This document shows positions 56,942 to 64,000 of a DNA stretch of 64,000 bases, piece by piece; positions within the stretch are counted from its first letter, which is position 1; every line of letters starts with the position of its first letter. The DNA comes from Pontiella sp. (GTDB lineage Bacteria > Verrucomicrobiota > Kiritimatiellia > Kiritimatiellales > Pontiellaceae). Location of the stretch: contig JBNKHE010000010.1 of the NCBI GenBank assembly GCA_050290185.1, positions 65,575 to 129,574 on the forward strand, read 5' to 3'. The translations under genes were made by a program, and so were the position numbers. The notes under the pieces are model-generated. The model worked only from the letters and a program-made list of their open reading frames with translations, was not told the DNA's origin and did not search any database.

Positions 56942-57298
56942 ATGACTTGCAAGATATTATTTTTCTTTAGCTTGCTTTTTGCCATAACAGCATGCGGAGA
57001 GGATTCAGTCACTATAACGAATCGACCGCCGTTACAAACTCCCGGAGTGAATGTAGCAACGATCTCGGGGTTACACCTAAAAATAATCAATACGGCCTTG
57101 GTAGAGGCAGAAAAAAAAGGCATAAATTTAGAGCAATATATCATTAAAATCTATGAGTACGAGGATCACTACAACGTATTATTTAAACACAAGGACAAAA
57201 GCCCAACGCAATATGGCAGCCCACCAGGAAAGCCAGTTTATACCGTCGAACTTGACAAGAAAACATTGGCATTTCGGAAGATAGTGCTGAATATATAA
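56942..57298 (+). CDS. Putative cognate immunity lipoprotein
   Basis: Starts 1 bp after the toxin stop; AT-rich; ITAC lipobox. Confidence 0.7.
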   Translation: MTCKILFFFSLLFAITACGEDSVTITNRPPLQTPGVNVATISGLHLKIINTALVEAEKKGINLEQYIIKIYEYEDHYNVLFKHKDKSPTQYGSPPGKPVYTVELDKKTLAFRKIVLNI

Positions 57299-57339
57299 AG
57301 GTAAAGGGGTCAGAGTACCAGCTTTAGTCAACCCGTAAA

Positions 57340-58420
57340 GGGGTCAGCCCGTACATTGTAACATTTTTTTACTTGAGTCGGTTTGTGCGCTGCCCTACTT
57401 TCCGTTCCATGGCACGGGCATTGAGACATGAATATCCCGGAGCGGTCTACCACGTGATGTGCCGGGGGAATAACGGGCAGGAGATTTTCGTATCCGATGC
57501 CGGGCGGTTCCTTTTCCTGTCGACCCTGGAGGAGGTCTGCCTTCAGACGGGCTGGAAGGTGCATGCCTATGTGCTGATGTCAAACCACTACCACCTTCTG
57601 ATCGAGACGCCCGAGCCGAATCTGGTGGCGGGGATGAAATGGTTTCAGGGGACGTATACCCAGCGGTTCAATTCCATGTTCAAGCGCCGCGGCCATCTTT
57701 TCCAGGGACGCTACAAGGCACTTCCTATCGAGACCGCTGCAGATGGGTATTTCAGGGAGGTGGGGCAGTATATCCACCTGAATCCCTTCCGGGCCGGTTT
57801 GGCGGGTGTCGGCAGGTCGGCCGCTCTTGAAGAGTACCGGTGGAGCAGTTATCCATATTTTGTCGGGAAATTACGGAAGATACCCGACTGGCTCTGCCGG
57901 GCACGGCTATACTATGCCTGCGGATTGGAGGAGGGCAGGCCGGGGTATATGGCGGAGTACAAGGCGCTGGTTGAGTCACGGATGCTTGGAGAGTCGGACG
58001 AACTTTCCAGTTCTGAAGGTGAGGCCGTGGAGCGGCAGCTGCGGCGCGGATGGTTTGTGGGAAGCCCCTCCTTTGGAGAGGAGCTTGCGGGCAGGATCGA
58101 AAATGTATCAGATAATCTCCGCGGGGAGCAGCGGCGCACCCATGGAGAGCAGGAGGCGGAACGGCTGTTGGCGGCGGCGCTTTGTGCGCTGGGTTTGGGA
58201 GAAGCCGAACTGCTGGACATGAAGGGGACCTGTGTGGAAAAGCAGGCTGTCGCCTGGTTGCTGAAAAAGCACACCACGGTTACGGGCGTATGGATCGCCG
58301 ACCGACTTTGCATGGGGCATCGCGTGAATGCGTCGAGGGCAGTATCGGCATTTGAGAAGCGAACGAACGGAGAGGGGCAAAAGTTGAAGGAAAGAATGTT
58401 ACAATGCACGGGCTGACTCC
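57340..58420. mobile_element. Y1 transposase element bounded by 30-bp terminal inverted repeats
   Basis: GGGGTCAGCCCGTACATTGTAACATTTTTT (57340-57369) vs the reverse complement of 58391-58420; 3 mismatches. Confidence 0.8.
57409..58416 (+). CDS. RAYT-like Y1 (HUH) transposase
   Basis: YHVMCRGN, AYVLMSNHYHLL, GHLFQGRY, YIHLNP and WSSY. Confidence 0.92.
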   Translation: MARALRHEYPGAVYHVMCRGNNGQEIFVSDAGRFLFLSTLEEVCLQTGWKVHAYVLMSNHYHLLIETPEPNLVAGMKWFQGTYTQRFNSMFKRRGHLFQGRYKALPIETAADGYFREVGQYIHLNPFRAGLAGVGRSAALEEYRWSSYPYFVGKLRKIPDWLCRARLYYACGLEEGRPGYMAEYKALVESRMLGESDELSSSEGEAVERQLRRGWFVGSPSFGEELAGRIENVSDNLRGEQRRTHGEQEAERLLAAALCALGLGEAELLDMKGTCVEKQAVAWLLKKHTTVTGVWIADRLCMGHRVNASRAVSAFEKRTNGEGQKLKERMLQCTG

Positions 58421-58432
58421 AATAGAACAAGA

Positions 58433-59938
58433 GTGACGATGACTAAAAAAGACAAATGGTTTATCGGATTTGTAGTGCTTACAGCGGCATCGATGTTCGC
58501 ATTTGTTTTCTGGTTGGGATTCCCCGGTTATATTCAGAACGTCGATATTTACGACTCTCTTTCCATTAAAACAAACCACTGGCATCCAGTGATCATCGCC
58601 CGATGCCTGCAGGGGCTGTATTTTCTTTTCGGCGAGCACACCTTTTATCTGTTCGCAATAAATATCTTTTGTTTCTACAGCGGAACGATGCTGTTTGTGC
58701 TGGCGCTTTATCTGAGGACTAGGCAAGTGGCTTGGTACGCGCTGTTTGGCGTGACAATGATCGGAAACATATTCTTCCAGAACTTTACAGCGCACCACAG
58801 CTTTACGTTCCCGATGATACTTTGGCTTGGGTGTTCAATGCTTTTTTTCCAGATTTTGGTTCCCGTAACCCATGCGCGGGTCCGTTTTGCGGCAAAGATT
58901 GCCACCGGCATTGTTCTCCTCCTCGCTCTGGTGTGGCGGCATAATGCGATTATATCCATCTATCCTTTGTTTTTGTTATTCACATATCTCTATCTAAAAA
59001 GAAAAAAGATCGGCAATCGGGTGAAATACGCCCTGCGGTTCATATCACTTATGCTGGCCAGTGCTGTTGTCCTGATCGTGATTGTGAAGGGATATCCCCA
59101 TCTACTTTCTCATGATGTAACCAAGGCTATGGTGCAGCATCCGCTCCTGCACCAGATTGCAGGCATGGTTGTGCCCGCAAATGATCGCTCGTTCATTCCC
59201 GAGGAATGGTACGAGGAGGGGAAGGATTTCAATGACGTGGTAATATTGTATAAATCCTACCCGACCTTTGCCGATCCGTTCAATATGCCTGGTGAGCGGT
59301 ATAAAGGCTACCGGCCGTTCGTTACGGATGGGCTGGATGGGCTGGATGCAGTCTGGCTCAAGGGATTGTTGACCTATCCCGGAAACTACTTTAAGCACGT
59401 ATCTAGGTTTATTAAAACAATGTGGTACCAGGATCCGACGTGGATACATAATCCCGACTATATTCAGAGAAGCCACATGGGCGTGAAGCATGGCGAGTTG
59501 GTATTACGTTTTCCGGAAAGCGAGCAACGCATCAAATTCACGCCCTTACGAAAAAAAATCTACGCTTTTTTTTACGATCACAAGATCCGTATCAATCACA
59601 TCATTGGGGTGAGCATTGGATTTCTCATTTTTTTTGTGAGCGGGAGTATCTGGGTCATGGTTCCGTCTGTTCGCGACAGGGAGCTTCTTTTTCCTATAAG
59701 CACAAGCCTAAGCACGTGTTGCACCGCAATTGGGATCTGTGCCTTTTCCCCGTGGACTGATCCCAGATACATGAGTCCCGTCCTGGTCTTGTCCCTGATC
59801 AGCCTGATTGGTTTCGTGGCTTGGTGCTATCTTTCATTAGGAGATAAAAAGGGCTTATATCCCGTCTCTAAAAAACGCATTCCCTTTGCCCTTCGTTTTC
59901 GCCGGGCAAGTCGATCGGAAGATCATCCTTCAGAGTGA
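58433..59938 (+). CDS. Polytopic membrane protein, possibly a GT-C-type glycan-modifying enzyme
   Basis: Many TM segments, a large soluble loop, NHWHP, RHN and a C-terminal PRY. Confidence 0.55.
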   Translation: MTMTKKDKWFIGFVVLTAASMFAFVFWLGFPGYIQNVDIYDSLSIKTNHWHPVIIARCLQGLYFLFGEHTFYLFAINIFCFYSGTMLFVLALYLRTRQVAWYALFGVTMIGNIFFQNFTAHHSFTFPMILWLGCSMLFFQILVPVTHARVRFAAKIATGIVLLLALVWRHNAIISIYPLFLLFTYLYLKRKKIGNRVKYALRFISLMLASAVVLIVIVKGYPHLLSHDVTKAMVQHPLLHQIAGMVVPANDRSFIPEEWYEEGKDFNDVVILYKSYPTFADPFNMPGERYKGYRPFVTDGLDGLDAVWLKGLLTYPGNYFKHVSRFIKTMWYQDPTWIHNPDYIQRSHMGVKHGELVLRFPESEQRIKFTPLRKKIYAFFYDHKIRINHIIGVSIGFLIFFVSGSIWVMVPSVRDRELLFPISTSLSTCCTAIGICAFSPWTDPRYMSPVLVLSLISLIGFVAWCYLSLGDKKGLYPVSKKRIPFALRFRRASRSEDHPSE

Positions 59939-60082
59939 TGATTGCAATGTGGAAGGGTAGGGTCGAGGCTTTCAATCATAACTCCTGCCCATCATAAAAT
60001 CAGGCTAGATGTAGCCCGTGGTCTAAAATCCTCAAACTGCCTCTGTGCCGCGTTGTTACTCGAATTGGGCAGGAAAGTGGTT

Positions 60083-61609
60083 CTATTTACTTTCATGGTA
60101 GTCCGCTTCCGCATTGATTTCGTAGATGCTGGTTTTGTCGGTAGATCCTTCGCAAACAAGCCGTACGGCTTCCATGGCGGTTAGCATGGAATGGTCCTGG
60201 TTATTGTAGCGGTGCATGCCGTTCCGCCCGACCAAAAAGAGGTTGTCAATTCCATCGATAAATTCTCTTATGACGTGAAATTGGTTGTGTGTGCCGAAGT
60301 AGGCAGGGTAAGCCTTTTTCACTTTCACGACATGTACATCGATACAATCTCCGTGGCTTGCAATTCCAATTCTTTCCAGCTCATTGAACGCCAGTTCTTT
60401 CATCGCCTCTTCGGAAAGGTTCCATAGAGCGTCACCTTCGGTGGCAAAGTATTCCATTCCTACCCATATGGTTTCCGGGTCGGCAACTAGATCGGGGCTC
60501 CAGTTGTTGAAAATCTGCAAACGCCCGACCTTTACATCGTCTTCCTGGATATAGATCCAATTGTCCTCAATCAAGTTAGCATTCTTTCCATTCTGAAGTC
60601 GCCATGCTTTCAGCAGAACACCGACGGTAATGAAATCCCGATATTGAAGTCCGTTAGCCACTTCGGCAACAGAGGTCGGTACGACATCTCCCATGGCGGA
60701 AACCAAATCCTTGACCGGCATGCTGGAAACAAGCCTGTCGCATGTGATGGTTGAGCGGCTTCCGTCACTTTCTACAACAACAGCCCCGATCCTGTCTTTT
60801 CCGGTTTCAAAAGCAACCGCTTTGGAATTGATTCTGATTTCTCCTCCCATGCGAAGAATCTCATCTGCAACTTTTTCCCATAACTGCCCCGGGCCATATT
60901 TGGGATAGAGAAAGGTGTTGATCAGGCTGGTTTCCGTCGTGCGCTGGGCTATGTCCGGTTTCTTTGGAGGTGTGGTTGATCGAAGGGCATGAAACAGGGC
61001 TTTTCGCATGGAGAGACCCTTGATTCGTTGAGCACCCCACTCTGGACTAATCTCGTGGCACGCGACTCCCCAAACCTTTTCCGTATAGGACCGGAAAAAA
61101 GTATTGTATAGCTCACGACCGAACCGATTGATGAAGAAGTCCTCGAGCGTTTTTTCATTTCTTATGGGTCTTAGGCGAATCCATATATAACTGATGCCAA
61201 TTCGAATGCATCGAGGAAAAGACAGCTTTGAAATGGTATCGATATTAACAGAGAGAGGGTAGTCAAATAGTTTTCTTTTAAAGAGGATTCTTGACCTTCT
61301 TTGGCGGATGAGCATCACAGCCTCTTCGGCATCTGAAGGCTTGGATCCGCTTTGCATGTCCTCTTGGATGGGGAGAAACTGTTGCCACCACTGCATTACG
61401 GTATCGGATTTGGAGAAAAACCGGTGTCCGCCGATGTCCATGCGGTTTCCCTTGTAATTGACCGTTCTGGAAATACCACCCATCTCGGAACTTTCTTCCA
61501 GAACAATGGGCGCATAGCCTTTCTTGCAGAGTTCATATGCTGCAGTGAGTCCGGCAGGGCCTGCGCCGATGATCACTATTTTGGAATTTTTAGGGAGTCT
61601 ATCTTCCAT
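60083..61609 (-). CDS. FAD-dependent oxidoreductase (protoporphyrinogen oxidase/UDP-galactopyranose mutase-like)
   Basis: [17 protein letters not shown] and [15 protein letters not shown]. Confidence 0.85.
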   Translation of the reverse strand: MEDRLPKNSKIVIIGAGPAGLTAAYELCKKGYAPIVLEESSEMGGISRTVNYKGNRMDIGGHRFFSKSDTVMQWWQQFLPIQEDMQSGSKPSDAEEAVMLIRQRRSRILFKRKLFDYPLSVNIDTISKLSFPRCIRIGISYIWIRLRPIRNEKTLEDFFINRFGRELYNTFFRSYTEKVWGVACHEISPEWGAQRIKGLSMRKALFHALRSTTPPKKPDIAQRTTETSLINTFLYPKYGPGQLWEKVADEILRMGGEIRINSKAVAFETGKDRIGAVVVESDGSRSTITCDRLVSSMPVKDLVSAMGDVVPTSVAEVANGLQYRDFITVGVLLKAWRLQNGKNANLIEDNWIYIQEDDVKVGRLQIFNNWSPDLVADPETIWVGMEYFATEGDALWNLSEEAMKELAFNELERIGIASHGDCIDVHVVKVKKAYPAYFGTHNQFHVIREFIDGIDNLFLVGRNGMHRYNNQDHSMLTAMEAVRLVCEGSTDKTSIYEINAEADYHESK

Positions 61610-61982
61610 AATATGCTATTCGGATGCGTCTATTTTGTTTCTTCGCGACCGGTCTAGTATCAATAGGCATTGGGCGATCGTAATTCCTTCGGCGGGTTTC
61701 ATGAAACGGTCTGCAGTCACGCTCAGGCCGTCAATCTTTGACTTCGGTGCTGTCGATTCCGATGATTTTTGTCGTGGTGTTAGCAGTTCTGTTTTAGCTT
61801 CGTCGTATTGGTCCTTCCATGTGTTGTGCACTGCTGATTCTGCCATCCCGAGGACCTCTATTCAAATGTGCGAATCTATATGTACGTTATCGACAGGCGT
61901 GTTCCTTCCTCAGCTATATGTTTATGAGAAACAAGTACGCGTAGGTGAACATCCGTACAGGATTTTTTTTGTTCGATGATAA

Positions 61983-63032
61983 TTAGGATATCCATTTTAA
62001 TAATTTTAGTATCCCCATATTACATGATTTTTTGTGAGCAGGTCCCGAGATACGGTTGTTGATATGCAGAATGTTGTCTTCGTAATATTTATAGGCCGCA
62101 TATAACATTTCTTCATTGGAGACTCGTGTTTCCCAGGATAGGAGACGTTTGATTTTTGTTGTGTCAAAAATGAAATCTTCACTGATCATGTTATAATGGT
62201 AAGAACCTAATGGAATGAGCCCTAGGGCTGAGCAAACCTTCATCCCGGTTGTTGTTAAGCGTTTTGGTAAAGGAGAAACTTTAGAGCTGGATCCTGCTTT
62301 ATCGATGACGTATTGGTATATTCCCTTTAAGGTATTTACATTATCTGACCCGACGTTAAAAATGTCTGTTTGCAGGTGGTTTAGAGACAATATGCATGCA
62401 TCTGCCAATTCCTTCGCATCGATGAATTGGTAACGGTTTTCTCCTTCTCCTACCATCCATATCCGTTTCCCTTCATGGATGAATTCAAACAGGATACTCA
62501 GCAATCCCAGTCTGCCTGCATCAATAATAGTGGGGCAACGGATGATGATGGAGACAAAGGGGTTCTCCGCATCTAATAAGATTTTTTCTGCTTCATATTT
62601 TGAGCGCCCATACACTTCTATTGGGGCTGGAACGTCATCTTCTTTTACTGGACGGTTGAAACTTTTCCCCCAAAGACAATTCGTTGAGATGAATACAACT
62701 TTTGGTATGGATAGCTCTGAGGCAATCTGTGCAATGTTACGGGTTCCTTCAACATTGGTGCGCCATAATTCCTTGGTGTCTTTAACATCATGAGCTAGTA
62801 AGGCCGCGCAATGAATAATCGCTGATATGGAATATTGGCTACAGGTTTCTCTCAATTTCTCCATGTTGGAGATATCCAACTGAAACGATATTAAATCTTT
62901 ACTGGTAATATCGAGTTTAAAAAGATCGAGATTAATACAGTTGTATCCTTTCTCCAATAATTCCTTTAGTAATATCCCGCCAAAGAAGCCGGATCCGCCC
63001 GTAACGAGTACAGTATCATTAATAGATTGCAT
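61983..63032 (-). CDS. NAD-dependent epimerase/dehydratase (extended SDR)
   Basis: TGGSGFFG and YGRSK. Confidence 0.9.
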   Translation of the reverse strand: MQSINDTVLVTGGSGFFGGILLKELLEKGYNCINLDLFKLDITSKDLISFQLDISNMEKLRETCSQYSISAIIHCAALLAHDVKDTKELWRTNVEGTRNIAQIASELSIPKVVFISTNCLWGKSFNRPVKEDDVPAPIEVYGRSKYEAEKILLDAENPFVSIIIRCPTIIDAGRLGLLSILFEFIHEGKRIWMVGEGENRYQFIDAKELADACILSLNHLQTDIFNVGSDNVNTLKGIYQYVIDKAGSSSKVSPLPKRLTTTGMKVCSALGLIPLGSYHYNMISEDFIFDTTKIKRLLSWETRVSNEEMLYAAYKYYEDNILHINNRISGPAHKKSCNMGILKLLKWIS

Positions 63033-63191
63033 TCTGATCTCTCCTGGTAGGTTTCGGAAACAAATCCTAATGAGAAACTAGTATAAATGATAGCTGATAT
63101 CGGGAGCCTTGAAGAGACTTTTCTTGAAGATGAAGCAACTTTAAGCTACGAATAAGTAATGGATGATCCCTTCGGGATTGTGGAGAATTAA

Positions 63192-64000
63192 ATGAAGAAG
63201 ATACTGATACTGTTAGTGGGAGTGGTGGTTGCTGTGGTTGCGATTTGGATCGGCCTTGGTGGGGATAAGGATATAGCGGTCCAGCCTTTGCCAAAGGCTA
63301 CGGCGTATAAGCATGAGCATGAAAATCTTGGTACCGATACAAATTCTGTCCAATCGATGGCTTCTCAGGATTTTGCCTATTCGGAAGAGAATCTATCCGA
63401 TGCGGTTAAGGCTCTGCTAGGGCTGGATGGCGAGAAGCAGGACTATAATTCTATGGGCCGCGCAATCAGTAAACTGTCGAAGGATCTATCGACCGACGAT
63501 GTGGCGGCGCTGAGGGATATGCTGACGTGGCCGAACGACCAGTTTCCGGAAGGTATGCGCCCGATCGAGATCAATGCGATCAAGAACGATATTCTGGATC
63601 GATTGCTGCGGCAGAATTCGCTACCGGAGGGCATCGGACTGCAAATGGTGGAGATGGCTTCCAACCCGCAAAACGATCCGGTGTGGAGGGACTACTGTGT
63701 GCAGTTTATGCAACCTTTCTATGAAAGGTTTGCTGCAGAGAGCATGGAGCAGGGTGGAGGGTCGACGTCCTCGTCGACCGCTGACAGCGAGGACGCTGTT
63801 CCTCCAGCTGATGAGCTATCGGCGGTCCGCGATGCAATGTTTAATGCGCTGGATGAGCGGGACGGGACGATTGCGGGTACGTCGCTGATCGGATTGGAGC
63901 TGCTTTCAAGGACTCATGATGAATTTGACCGGGAATCCATTGTTAGCTCCGCGTTGGATATTGCTTCGGATGAGTCGGCAGCTAGTGCATCGCGTATGAC
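63192..64000 (+). CDS. Membrane-anchored helical protein, 3'-truncated (absent from the ORF track)
   Basis: GGAG RBS and ATG 63192 (MKKILILLVGVVVAVVAIWIG...); the frame stays open to the window end. Confidence 0.75.
   Translation, partial: MKKILILLVGVVVAVVAIWIGLGGDKDIAVQPLPKATAYKHEHENLGTDTNSVQSMASQDFAYSEENLSDAVKALLGLDGEKQDYNSMGRAISKLSKDLSTDDVAALRDMLTWPNDQFPEGMRPIEINAIKNDILDRLLRQNSLPEGIGLQMVEMASNPQNDPVWRDYCVQFMQPFYERFAAESMEQGGGSTSSSTADSEDAVPPADELSAVRDAMFNALDERDGTIAGTSLIGLELLSRTHDEFDRESIVSSALDIASDESAASASRM

Larger units (their letters stand above)
36834..64000. mobile_element. Integrative element 2 (right boundary not seen; core module 36834-42665)
   Basis: att fragment followed by integrase, XRE, Xis, Rep-like and TerS genes. 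No further tRNA repeat was found, so the extent beyond ~42.7 kb is inferred. Confidence 0.6.

Noticed and set aside
61616..61846. 76-aa minus-strand ORF
   Set aside because: No recognisable motif or clear RBS, so it cannot be supported.

Overview
The window looks bacterial; the gene content suggests a polysaccharide degrader, possibly PVC superphylum (inference only). It has four parts. (1) 1-7954: core glycoside hydrolase cluster (GH43, GH43-like, GH29, GH95, GH51). (2) 8514-36883: a complete ~28.4 kb integrative element bounded by two copies of the 3' half of an initiator tRNA-Met. It carries a tyrosine integrase with matching arm-type repeats at both ends, an Xis-like HTH, a compact family-A DNA polymerase-like gene split by one in-frame TAG, a type I R-M system with a Fic gene, variable defence-like cassettes, an AT-richer sigma54-driven operon (ABC importer, divergent sensor, own enhancer-binding protein, methyltransferase, SufS-like enzyme) and a lone terminase small subunit. 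(3) From 36834: a second element in tandem at the same tRNA (integrase, XRE, Xis/AlpA, Rep-like, TerS); its right end is not in the window. (4) 43.4-64 kb: large secreted Ca-binding/LamG/PA14 proteins, a signal-peptide TcB-TcC-like Rhs toxin with immunity lipoprotein, a TIR-bounded Y1 transposase and surface-glycan genes. The best novelty candidates are the self-contained sigma54 operon and the TerS-only, satellite-like tandem islands, one with a minimal PolA. All family calls come from motif recognition by eye; no searches were run.
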